This document shows, piece by piece, positions 44,836 through 53,196 of a DNA stretch of 64,000 nucleotides. Under the pieces are notes generated by a model. The model saw only the letters and a program-made list of their open reading frames with translations, was not told the origin of the DNA and ran no database searches. The stretch's first letter is position 1. Each line of letters starts with the position of its first letter. The translations under genes and the position numbers were made by a program. This DNA comes from Candidatus Methylomirabilota bacterium (lineage in GTDB: Bacteria; Methylomirabilota; Methylomirabilia; Rokubacteriales; CSP1-6), in NCBI GenBank assembly GCA_036265915.1, contig DATAOC010000019.1, positions 37,006-101,005 of the forward strand. Reading direction: 5' to 3'.

Positions 44836-46884
44836 CTACCCGAGCAGCTGGGCGAGCAGGCGCGCGGCCCGCTGCGTGCCGTCGCCGGGGATGTCGCGAT
44901 AGTGCACCGGCTTGCCGAGGTGATCGAGCATCGCCGCCGCCAGCTCCTCCGCCGTCGTGCGATCGTAGTCCATGCGGACGCCGGCGCCGAAGCGCTCGAG
45001 CCGGCGCGCCACGAAGAACTGCTGCTCGAAGTGGTTGCGCAGGGGGAAATACAGGAACGGCGTGCGGAAGGCGGCCAGCTCCATCGTGGTCGTGAGCCCG
45101 CCCTGCACGATGGCGAGATCGGCGGCGGCATGATGCCGGAAGAGATGCGGGACGAACGCGCGCACGTCGAGCCGCGGGCTCGCGGGCAGGTCGACGGCGT
45201 CGAGCCGTGGCCCGGTCACCAGCACCATCCGGGTGTCCGGGACACGCGGAGCGATGAGCGCGAACGCTGCCGCGCACTTCTCCAGGAGCTGACGACCGAC
45301 CCGGGTGCCGCCCACGGAGACCAGGATCACCCGCTCGCCCTCGCGATAGCCGAGCGAGGCGCGCAGCGCGGCCTTGTCGCGAAAATCGGTCGGATCGAAG
45401 TGATAGGTATAGCCGGCGAACTTGAAGTGCTCGCGCGCCCACTGGCGCATGTTCGGCAGATCCGGCCCGAATGGGCGGTCCAGCACGTCCTCCTCGTCGC
45501 CGACCATGAGCGAGAGGTCGCGGACGTCGGGATGCAGGCGCAGGTGGTCGATGTTCTCCGCGTTCTTCTCCCAGGCGCGGACGAACTCGGTGGAGTGCGG
45601 ATCGTCGCGCATCGGCAGCATGCCGATGAAGTCGGTGATGAACGCGTAGGGCGCCCGCTTCAGCTCGGGGTTCTCGTGCAGATAGTAGTCGAGGTCCCAG
45701 CCCTCGTCGCCGACCCAGAGATCGTAGTCGCCGGCCTCGACGGCGTCCGCGAAGACCATGAAGTTGGCGGCCATGATCTCGTCCATGTCCCAGAGCGCGT
45801 TGAAGGCGTGGAGCTGGTGATCGGCCGTGGCCCAGTGCTCGAAGTGCGCACTCTCGTTGAGGAGCAGACTCGTCGCCGGGTGCACGCGCTCGCCGGCCGC
45901 CTCGACCACGCGCCGCGCGGGATCGGCGGCGAGGAACTCGACGGTCGCGTCGGGATGGATCTCGCGCAGCGAGCGCGCGATGGCGAGGTCGCGCTGGATG
46001 TGCCCGAGCCCGATCGGGCTCGAAAGCCACAGGATCTTTCGCCGGCTCGGCCTGCGCCGCGCGGGTGGGCGACGCTCCGCCGCGGGCGGGATCGTCCTCG
46101 ATTGCAGCGCGTCACCGCGCACGAAATCGCGCACGAGGTGATTGACCTTGGCCGCCTCGCGACCGGGCAGGTTGTGGCCGCCGCCCTCGAAAGTCACCAG
46201 CCGGGCGCCCGGCACGCCGTCGGCGAACTTCTTGCCGTGACGATAGGGGACGACCTCGTCCCGCGTACCGTGCAGGATCAGCACCGGCTGGGTGAGGCGA
46301 GGAAGCAGCTCGTAGACGTTGTCCTTCTCGATCTGCCGCAGCGCCTCGATGAGAATGTCGGGCGACGTCTCGCCCGCCCACGCGATGCCGTCCTCGATGC
46401 CCTTGAGCGAGTGCGGCTCGGGATGGATCTTCTGGAACAGCCGCGTGCGCCAGCCGTCGAAGTCGTTCCGGAAGATCGGGACGACCTTCTCCTCGAACGG
46501 CTGGGGCAGGGACTGCGAGTACTGGGCGCCCACGAAGATCAGGTGCGAGACCCGCTCCGGATACTCGATCGCGTACCGGACGGCCAGCATGCTGGCGCAG
46601 GAGAACGCGACGAACGCGAACGGCGGCCGCACGGCCGCATCGAGCACGGCGCGCAGGTCGTCGTAGTGGGTCTCGAAGTCGTAGCCCGTCAGCGCGCGGT
46701 CGGAGCGGCCGTTGCCGCGCGGGTCCATCGTGGTCACCCGGAAGTAGCGCGAGAGGTAGGGGATCTGGTGCTTCCACAACCGCGCGTAGACGGCCGGCTG
46801 CCGTGGCGGACAGAGGAACACGTCCGCTTCGCCTGCACCCGTCGTCTGATAGAAGATCTTGCTCCCGGGCCGGTCGACGTACAT
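44836..46884 (-). CDS. Fusion protein: N-terminal alpha/beta hydrolase + C-terminal GT-B (GT1/GT28, MurG-like) glycosyltransferase
   Basis: It is a single 682-codon frame. Residues ~1-270 form the hydrolase (MDPRGNGRSD, LILHGTRDEVVP, GGGHNL). Residues ~300-682 form the GT-B part (ILWLSSPIGLGHIQRDLAIA, GGLTTTMEL). The ATG overlaps the ROK stop (ATGA). Confidence 0.8.
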   Translation of the reverse strand: MYVDRPGSKIFYQTTGAGEADVFLCPPRQPAVYARLWKHQIPYLSRYFRVTTMDPRGNGRSDRALTGYDFETHYDDLRAVLDAAVRPPFAFVAFSCASMLAVRYAIEYPERVSHLIFVGAQYSQSLPQPFEEKVVPIFRNDFDGWRTRLFQKIHPEPHSLKGIEDGIAWAGETSPDILIEALRQIEKDNVYELLPRLTQPVLILHGTRDEVVPYRHGKKFADGVPGARLVTFEGGGHNLPGREAAKVNHLVRDFVRGDALQSRTIPPAAERRPPARRRPSRRKILWLSSPIGLGHIQRDLAIARSLREIHPDATVEFLAADPARRVVEAAGERVHPATSLLLNESAHFEHWATADHQLHAFNALWDMDEIMAANFMVFADAVEAGDYDLWVGDEGWDLDYYLHENPELKRAPYAFITDFIGMLPMRDDPHSTEFVRAWEKNAENIDHLRLHPDVRDLSLMVGDEEDVLDRPFGPDLPNMRQWAREHFKFAGYTYHFDPTDFRDKAALRASLGYREGERVILVSVGGTRVGRQLLEKCAAAFALIAPRVPDTRMVLVTGPRLDAVDLPASPRLDVRAFVPHLFRHHAAADLAIVQGGLTTTMELAAFRTPFLYFPLRNHFEQQFFVARRLERFGAGVRMDYDRTTAEELAAAMLDHLGKPVHYRDIPGDGTQRAARLLAQLLG

Positions 46885-47894
46885 CAGCGTCTCCCCTGTC
46901 GCCGCGCGCGCTCGTACGCGAACAGCGCGGCGCCGCCGCGCACGGTATCGCGCTTGTCCGAGCGGCTGATGTGGATTCGCATGGAGCCGAGCGGGTGGGC
47001 GAAGGCGTACCCCGCCGTCCGCCGCATGATGTCCGCCTGCAGCGGTAGCAGCGACTCGGCCACGCCGCCGGTGATCACGATGACGTCCGGATCGAGGCCG
47101 TTCACCAGGATGGCGAGCGTGGCCGCCAGCGCCTCGCAGCCCTCGTCGACCAGTGCGCTGGCTACCGCATCGCCGGCCCGCGCGGCGGCGAAGACCATCG
47201 AGGCGGTGATGGCGTCGGCGTCGGCTGCGCCGTGTGCGCGCAGTGTGGAGACGGCGCCCTCCGCGAGGCGCCGGCGCGCGGCCGCCGCGAGCTGCCGGCC
47301 GCTCAGATATGCGCCGAGACAGCCTCGGCCCCCGCACACGCACCGGGGCCCGTCGAAGTTCACCGGGATGTGACCGAACTCGCCACCGAAGCCATGCGCG
47401 CCGCGGACGACGCTGTCGCCGGTGACGAAGGCGCCGCCGACGTCGGTGCCGATGGCGAGCAAAGCCAGCGATCCCGCGCCGCGACCGAGGCCGAACGCGC
47501 GCTCGCCGAGCGCCAGCGCGTTGACGTCGTTGTCGACGATCGTCGGCAGGTCCGTCAGCGCCTCGATCTGCTCGGCGACCGGCACGCCGTGGAACTCGGG
47601 AACGTGGTTGCGCGGCGCCGCGGCCGACATCATGCCCTTGTCGACGTCGACCGGCCCCGGCAGGCCCACACCGATGCCGTCGACAGTCCAGCCCTGCGCG
47701 CGCGCGTGTGTGTGCACCTCGTGGATGACGGCGAGCAAGGTCTTGAGGGCGCTGCCTGGCCCCGCGACGTGGGTCGGCGTCTCGACCGTCGAGACGACCT
47801 CGCCATCCTGACGGACCAGCCCGCCGGAGATCGACGTGCCGCCGACGTCCACGCCGATCGTCGCCACCTGGGCCGCACGCGGCTTTTGTCTCAT
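46884..47894 (-). CDS. ROK-family sugar kinase (glucokinase-like)
   Basis: It carries IGVDVGGTSI, DNDVNALALGE and the Zn motif CVCGGRGCLGAY. Start ambiguous between ATG 47894 and GTG 47867 (see the sigma-54 promoter finding). Confidence 0.85.
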   Translation of the reverse strand: MRQKPRAAQVATIGVDVGGTSISGGLVRQDGEVVSTVETPTHVAGPGSALKTLLAVIHEVHTHARAQGWTVDGIGVGLPGPVDVDKGMMSAAAPRNHVPEFHGVPVAEQIEALTDLPTIVDNDVNALALGERAFGLGRGAGSLALLAIGTDVGGAFVTGDSVVRGAHGFGGEFGHIPVNFDGPRCVCGGRGCLGAYLSGRQLAAAARRRLAEGAVSTLRAHGAADADAITASMVFAAARAGDAVASALVDEGCEALAATLAILVNGLDPDVIVITGGVAESLLPLQADIMRRTAGYAFAHPLGSMRIHISRSDKRDTVRGGAALFAYERARRQGRR

Positions 47895-47911
47895 CGTGCT
47901 CCAGCACCTCG

Positions 47912-47926
47912 GCAACTCGCGTGCCA
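47912..47926 (-). promoter_or_regulatory. Sigma-54 (-24/-12) promoter, perfect consensus
   Basis: The minus strand reads TGGCACgcgagTTGC. It lies in the 248-bp gap upstream of the ROK gene. The -12 C is at 47912, which predicts a start site near 47900. Confidence 0.65.
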
Positions 47927-48142
47927 CGCCGGTTTGCCGCGGAATCCGTGCGGTGTCATGCCGAGGGCGCAAGCTCAGATTGCAGCACGCCCGCCCGGGT
48001 GCAGAGATGATCGCTGTCACCGCGGCAGTTTAGCGCCGGCGCGGGGACGGAGCGTGACCGCGCGTGGCCCGCAAGCCCGGCTTGCGCCCCGCGGGCGTCG
48101 CGGGCGCGTGGATGGCGATTCGCCCGGACGCCGAGGCCGCGC

Positions 48143-48628
48143 TCAGTGCGCCGAGGCGCCGATGAAGGCGCCGACGATGGCGCCGTACAGCAGGTGAGCG
48201 AGCAGCGTGACGATCGGTGTCGCGCGACCATAGTTGAGCAGCATGAATCCCGGCAGCTCCAGCACCGCCTCGGAGTTCGCGGCGTTGTAGAACGTCCCCA
48301 TGCGCGGGTGGATGGCCGGCAGGATGACGTTCACCAGCGCGGTCCCCGCGAATGACGCGTGGAGCAGACCGAACGCCATGCCGAGCGCCCAGCCGGCGTG
48401 GCCGAGGACGATGAACGCGGCATAGTAGCCGAGCGCGAACACGAGCCCGGCGACGAAATGAAGGCCGTACCCGATGGCCCGGGCCGTCGTGCGGTTCGCG
48501 GACACCGCGGTGCCGAGCAGGAACGGCAAATCGATGCGCGTCACGCGCAGCTCGCTGGCCGCCGTCAAGATGGTCGTGAGCACCAGCGTGCCGACCACGC
48601 CGCCGGTGAGGGCCGCGCCGATGGTCAT
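48143..48628 (-). CDS. Hypothetical 4-5 TM membrane protein
   Basis: It is hydrophobic throughout (GGVVGTLVLTTILTAA, GYGLHFVAGLVFALGYYAAFIVLG, TLLAHLLYGAIVGAFIG). Its start overlaps the GH15 stop (ATGA). Confidence 0.65.
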   Translation of the reverse strand: MTIGAALTGGVVGTLVLTTILTAASELRVTRIDLPFLLGTAVSANRTTARAIGYGLHFVAGLVFALGYYAAFIVLGHAGWALGMAFGLLHASFAGTALVNVILPAIHPRMGTFYNAANSEAVLELPGFMLLNYGRATPIVTLLAHLLYGAIVGAFIGASAH

Positions 48629-50409
48629 GACGGCTCCGCCGCGCAGGCAACGGCGGCGCTGATGAGGGCCAGGTGGACGAGACCCTGGGGGAAGTTGCCG
48701 AGGAACTCGTGGCTGTCGACGGCAATCTCCTCGGCGTAGAGACCGACGTCGTTCGCGAGGTCGAGGACACGGGCCATGAGCTCGCTGGCTTCGCCGCGGC
48801 GTCCGGCGAGCGCAAGTGCCTCGACGAGCCAGAACGAGCAGCAGACGAACGCACCCTCGTCGCCGCCAAGTCCGTCGTCACCGCGATAGCGGTACACGAT
48901 CGGGCCCCGGCCGAGCTCGCGCTGGATGGCGTCGATGGTGCCGCGCATGCGGGGGCTGCGCGGGTCCTCGTAGCGCATGATCGGCAGCATGAGCAGGCTC
49001 GCGTCCACCTCCTCCGTTCCCGCGAAGCGGACGTACGTCTGCCTGGGCTCGCACCAGCATCGCTCGTCGATGAAGCGGCGGATGTTCGCGGCCTCGTCGC
49101 GCCACCGCGCGACGTGCGTTGCGGGCAGGGTGCCGGCCTCGGCCAGCCGGATCGCCCGGTCGAGAGCCACCCAGCACATCGCCTTGGAGTGCGTGAAGTG
49201 CCGCGGCTCCATGCGCACCTCCCAGATGCCGCGATCCGGTTGGTGCCAGATCGTGCAGACGAAGTCCGCCAGCTGCGCGAGCTCGGTGCCGGTCTCGCGG
49301 TCGATGCCGAAGCCACGGTTGGCGTAGCCGAACGCCGTGTCGAGGAGATTGCCGAACGTGTCGAGCTGCAGCTGGTGGGCCGCGCCGTTGCCGATGCGAA
49401 CGGGACGCGACGCCCGGTACCCGGCGAGCGGCAGCGCCGTCTCCGGCGCGAAGGCGCCGCCGTCGAGCCGATAGAACGGCTGCAGCCGCGGCCGCATGAG
49501 ACGCGTGGCATGCATGAACCACCAGAAGAACGAGTTCGCCTCGACATGACAGCCGAGCTGGAGCATGGCCTCGAGCGTGAAGGAGGAATCCCGGATCCAC
49601 GAGAACCGATAGTCCCAGTTCCGATCGCCGCCGATCGTCTCGGGCAGCGACGTCGTGGGCGCGGCCGCGATGGCCCCGGACGGCGCGAACACGAGGAGCT
49701 TGAGCGCCAGCGCGCTGCGAACGACGGCCTCGCGCCACGGACCGTCGTACGTGAGCCGGGCGCTCCAGGCGCGCCAGAACTCGGCCGTGCTGTCGAGGCG
49801 CGACTCGACCTCGCCGCGCGCGGGGAACACGAGTGGCTCGCCGTGCGCGGCGACCAGCGCCAGCAGCGCGCGTGAGCCCGCCCGCGCGACGAACGAGCCG
49901 GTCACCGCGCCCGCCTCGCAGCGGAGGTCGCCGGCATCCCAGGCGCAGATCGCCACCGCGTCGCCGCGACAGTCCGCGGTCGGAAAGGGCGACCGTCGCG
50001 TGATGCGCGTGACGCCGCGTCCATAGTTGAAGCGCGGCGCCACGCGCCAGCGCATCGGCACCTCGCCGCCGAGGCCCTCGATCCGGCGCGCGAGCTCACG
50101 GAACGGGCCGAGCCGGCCGTCGGGCAGCGTCATCGCATCGGTGACCCGCGCGACTCCGGCCTCCGTGCGAAACGTCGTGGTCAGGACGTTCGTGCCGGGT
50201 ACGTACGCGCGCTCGGCGCGATGGGGGACCGAAGGGGCGAGCTCCACGCACCCGCCGCGCTGCGGATCGAGGATGGCCGCCAGCACGCTCGGAGAGTCGA
50301 GATTGGGAAGACACAGCCAGTCGATCGACGCGTCGCGGCGCACGAGCGCGGCCGTGCGACCGTCGCCGATGACGGCATAGTCGCGGATCGCGGCGTAGTC
50401 ACCCGGCAT
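48625..50409 (-). CDS. Glycoside hydrolase family 15 (glucoamylase/trehalase-like)
   Basis: The N-terminus MPGDYAAIRDYAVIGDGRTAALVRRDASIDWLCLPNLDSPSVLAAILD is highly typical of bacterial GH15. It also has NWDYRFSWIRDSSF. ATGA overlaps occur at both ends. Confidence 0.9.
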   Translation of the reverse strand: MPGDYAAIRDYAVIGDGRTAALVRRDASIDWLCLPNLDSPSVLAAILDPQRGGCVELAPSVPHRAERAYVPGTNVLTTTFRTEAGVARVTDAMTLPDGRLGPFRELARRIEGLGGEVPMRWRVAPRFNYGRGVTRITRRSPFPTADCRGDAVAICAWDAGDLRCEAGAVTGSFVARAGSRALLALVAAHGEPLVFPARGEVESRLDSTAEFWRAWSARLTYDGPWREAVVRSALALKLLVFAPSGAIAAAPTTSLPETIGGDRNWDYRFSWIRDSSFTLEAMLQLGCHVEANSFFWWFMHATRLMRPRLQPFYRLDGGAFAPETALPLAGYRASRPVRIGNGAAHQLQLDTFGNLLDTAFGYANRGFGIDRETGTELAQLADFVCTIWHQPDRGIWEVRMEPRHFTHSKAMCWVALDRAIRLAEAGTLPATHVARWRDEAANIRRFIDERCWCEPRQTYVRFAGTEEVDASLLMLPIMRYEDPRSPRMRGTIDAIQRELGRGPIVYRYRGDDGLGGDEGAFVCCSFWLVEALALAGRRGEASELMARVLDLANDVGLYAEEIAVDSHEFLGNFPQGLVHLALISAAVACAAEPS

Positions 50410-50963
50410 CAGTCGCCCTCGAGCCCTCGCCACAGCACGCGCCAGGTCCCGTGCCCGCGCGCCCGCGCGTCGCGCACGACTCGCAGCGCGGCCAGCGGCT
50501 CCTCCAAACTCAACGGTACGATCGTCAGCGAGATCGCCGCGGACACGAGGCACAGCGTACAGAATGCGCGCACCACGACGATCTGTAATGCCACCAGCAG
50601 CACCGCCGTCGCGCCGGTGAGCACGACCATCGCTCCGAACAGCAGCGCGATCCCGGGCATCGTGCGCCAGCGCCGAGGCCCGCCGATGAGCCCGACCACG
50701 ATCTCGCCGAGATAGGCGAGCGCGCCGAGCGCCGCATCCGGGAGGGGCAGCAGGCGCGAGATCGCGGAGGTCAGGACTCGACGGCTTCCGTCGCCGAACA
50801 ATGGCTCCGCCACGTCGGGTACCACGCCGAGCTGAAAGAGCGCCAGATAGCCGGCAATCAGCAAGCCTACGATCGCCAGCGCGACCGCCGGCAGCCGACG
50901 GCGCCAGGCCGACGGCTGCCGGAGGTGTCCCGGCGGCGGCGTCGGCCGTCTCGCGCCCGTCAC
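50409..50963 (-). CDS. VKOR (vitamin K epoxide reductase)-like membrane protein lacking the loop cysteine pair
   Basis: It is a 4-TM protein with C-terminal CTLC (CxxC) in the last TM and the VLTSAISRLLPLPDAALGALAYL loop pattern. The GTG 50963 start is inferred (11 nt after the SDR stop). No Cys occurs in the first loop. Confidence 0.5.
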   Translation of the reverse strand: MTGARRPTPPPGHLRQPSAWRRRLPAVALAIVGLLIAGYLALFQLGVVPDVAEPLFGDGSRRVLTSAISRLLPLPDAALGALAYLGEIVVGLIGGPRRWRTMPGIALLFGAMVVLTGATAVLLVALQIVVVRAFCTLCLVSAAISLTIVPLSLEEPLAALRVVRDARARGHGTWRVLWRGLEGD

Positions 50964-50973
50964 GTGAGTGCGG

Positions 50974-52023
50974 TCAGCGGCGACGCGAGACGCGGCGCGC
51001 GAGCGCGCCGAGGCCGGCGGCGGCGAGCGCGGCCGCGGCAGCGAGGGCGGCGCGATGCTCGGTCGCCCACAGTTGCAGGCTCGATGGCTTCGCGCGGGCG
51101 TCGAAGACGCCGTGAGCGCCGAAATCCCGGCCCTCGTCGACGGGGTGCCAGAGGTTGTCGGGCTGGTCGGGATCACGACGCTCGTCGGTCTGCTGCGAGC
51201 GAAAGCCGGTGCGCGCGAGATACCAGTCGCCGAGCCACGGCGCGAGCTTGTTGCCGACGATGGCGACCACGGTCGGCATACCGACGTAGACCTCGCGGCG
51301 GCGATGCTGTGACGCCCACACGATGGCTCTGGCGGCGACCTCCGGCTGGAAGATCGGCGGCACCGGCTGTGCCTTGTGCGGCAAGCGGCTCTTGACCCAG
51401 CCGAACTGCGGCGTGTTGAGAGCGGGCATCTGCACCATGGTGACGTGGACGTGGCTGCCGTCGTGCAGTAGCTCGGTACGCAGGGAGTCCATGAACCCCT
51501 GGATCGCGTGCTTGGCGCCGCAGTACGCCGCCTGCAGCGGAATGCCGCGGTAGGCGAGCGCGGAGCCGACCTGCACGATGACGCCCCGGTCGCGGGGCAG
51601 CATGCGGCGCAACGCCGCAAGCGTGCCATAGACGACGCCGAGATACGTCACCTCGGTCACGCGGCGGAACTCGTCGGGACTCATGTCCTTCACCGGCGAG
51701 AACACCGAGGCCATGGCGTTGTTCACCCAGACGTCGATCGGACCGAAGCGATCCTCGACGGCGGCGGCAGCGCGCTCGACCGCGGCCGGATCGGCGACGT
51801 CGGTGGCCAGGGCGAGCGCTTCACCGCCGTCGCGCTCGACATCCCGGCGGGCGCCCTCCAGACCGTCGCGCCCTCGCGCGAGAAGGCCGATCCGTGCGCC
51901 CTGACGCGCGAACTCGGCGGCTGTCGCTCGTCCAACCCCGGCCGAGGCACCCGTGATGACCACGACCGGTGGCCGCGCGACGCCGGGCTCGCGCTCGTGT
52001 CCACGCCTCAACGCCTGTAGCAC
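50974..52023 (-). CDS. Short-chain dehydrogenase/reductase with C-terminal extension and hydrophobic tail
   Basis: GTG 52023 is preceded by AGGAGG. It has TGASAGVGR (cofactor binding), NNAM and the Y-x3-K motif (YCGAKHA). The C-terminal tail is AAAAALAAAGLGALA. Confidence 0.85.
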   Translation of the reverse strand: MLQALRRGHEREPGVARPPVVVITGASAGVGRATAAEFARQGARIGLLARGRDGLEGARRDVERDGGEALALATDVADPAAVERAAAAVEDRFGPIDVWVNNAMASVFSPVKDMSPDEFRRVTEVTYLGVVYGTLAALRRMLPRDRGVIVQVGSALAYRGIPLQAAYCGAKHAIQGFMDSLRTELLHDGSHVHVTMVQMPALNTPQFGWVKSRLPHKAQPVPPIFQPEVAARAIVWASQHRRREVYVGMPTVVAIVGNKLAPWLGDWYLARTGFRSQQTDERRDPDQPDNLWHPVDEGRDFGAHGVFDARAKPSSLQLWATEHRAALAAAAALAAAGLGALARRVSRRR

Positions 52024-52104
52024 CCGCTGCCTCCTACCCCTCTCACGATATGCCCGCGCCCGATCGATGTCACGACGCGGCGCTTCGAAGCCCCGTCGGC
52101 CTCC

Positions 52105-52133
52105 TTGACAAGGCCACGGCCGCTGCCGATGAT
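52105..52133 (+). promoter_or_regulatory. Candidate sigma-70-type promoter for the PQQ-dehydrogenase cluster
   Basis: TTGACA (a perfect -35) is followed by a 17-nt spacer and GATGAT. It lies about 60 nt upstream of ATG 52195. Confidence 0.3.
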
Positions 52134-52194
52134 CCGGCCACGGTGCGGCTGCGCTGTGTCGCAGGAGCGGGCAGGCTCGCGCCGGGGAGACCGA

Positions 52195-53145
52195 ATGCGA
52201 CGCTTCATCCTCGCCGTGCTCGTGATGCTGCTGGCACCGCCGGTGGCGCTCGCGGAAGTGCGCGTGTTCGTCACCAACGAGAAGTCCGACGACGTCACGG
52301 TGATCGACGCGGCCACGCGCGCCGTCGCCGGGACGGTGAAGGTCGGCAAGCGCCCGCGCGGGGTGGCGGTGAGCCGCGACGGCCGCCGCGTGTACGTCGC
52401 CAACAGCGACTCGAATACGGTCAGCGTGCTCGATGCGCGGACGCTTACAGTGGAGAAGACGGCCACGGTCGGGATGGACCCCGAAGGCCTGGTCTTCAAC
52501 GTCGCGGGCAGCCTGCTCTACGTGGTCAACGAGAACGAGCTGGCGGTCACCGTGGTCGATGCCGCGTCGATGACGGTTGTCAAGAAGATCGAGGTCGGCA
52601 AGGAGCCCGAGACCGGGGTCGCTTCGCCCGACGGGCGCTGGATCGCGGTGTCGAACGAGACGTCGAACGACGTCCACATGATCGACACGGCGACGCAGAC
52701 GGTGACGCGGAAAATCGCAGTTCCGAAGAATCCGCGCGGCATGCGCTTCAGCGCGGACTCCCGCCAGCTGTGGGTGGCCAGCGAACAGGCCCACACCGTC
52801 TCGATCATCGACGTCGGCACGATGACGGTGGTGAAGAGCGTCTCCACCGGCGGCATGCGGCCCGTCGACGTGGTCCTGTCGCCGGACGGCGAGCGGGCAT
52901 ATGTGTCGCACGGGCAGTCGGGCGACGTCCGGGTGCTCGATGCGCGGACGCTGGCCGTGAAGACCGTCGTGCCGACCGGCCCGCGGACGTGGTGGCTGGC
53001 GCTCACGCCCGACGGTCGGTACCTCTATGCCACCGTCGGGCGCGGCAACGAGGTCGCCGTCATCGACACCACGAGCGACACCGTCGTGGCACGCATCCCG
53101 TGCGGCACGCTCACCTGGGGCGTGGCCATTGCCGACGTTCCGTAA
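52195..53145 (+). CDS. YVTN-repeat beta-propeller protein (PQQ-dehydrogenase-associated type)
   Basis: A signal peptide is followed by about 7 repeats of the x-V-x-V-I-D pattern with (P/R)xG(V/L)xxSPDG (e.g. VYVANSDSNTVSVLD, IAVSNETSNDVHMID). It lies immediately upstream of the quinoprotein gene. Confidence 0.85.
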   Translation: MRRFILAVLVMLLAPPVALAEVRVFVTNEKSDDVTVIDAATRAVAGTVKVGKRPRGVAVSRDGRRVYVANSDSNTVSVLDARTLTVEKTATVGMDPEGLVFNVAGSLLYVVNENELAVTVVDAASMTVVKKIEVGKEPETGVASPDGRWIAVSNETSNDVHMIDTATQTVTRKIAVPKNPRGMRFSADSRQLWVASEQAHTVSIIDVGTMTVVKSVSTGGMRPVDVVLSPDGERAYVSHGQSGDVRVLDARTLAVKTVVPTGPRTWWLALTPDGRYLYATVGRGNEVAVIDTTSDTVVARIPCGTLTWGVAIADVP

Positions 53146-53196
53146 CCCTTGATATAAGAAGCGCGCGACCAGATCGCACCACGAAAGGGGCTCGCC

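Noticed and set aside
41804-47373. Long plus-strand ORFs 41804-44164 (786 aa) and 44794-47373 (859 aa)
   Set aside because: - They are antisense to the GAF histidine kinase and to the hydrolase-GT fusion/ROK genes, which have strong motifs.
- Their composition is low-complexity and Arg/Asp/His-rich, and they carry no recognisable domains.
48070-48086. CGCAAGC-CCG-GCTTGCG hairpin as a terminator of the SDR-VKOR-GH15 operon
   Set aside because: It has only a 7-bp stem with a 3-nt loop and no U-tract, which is too weak to call. It is noted only as a possible boundary upstream of the sigma-54 promoter.
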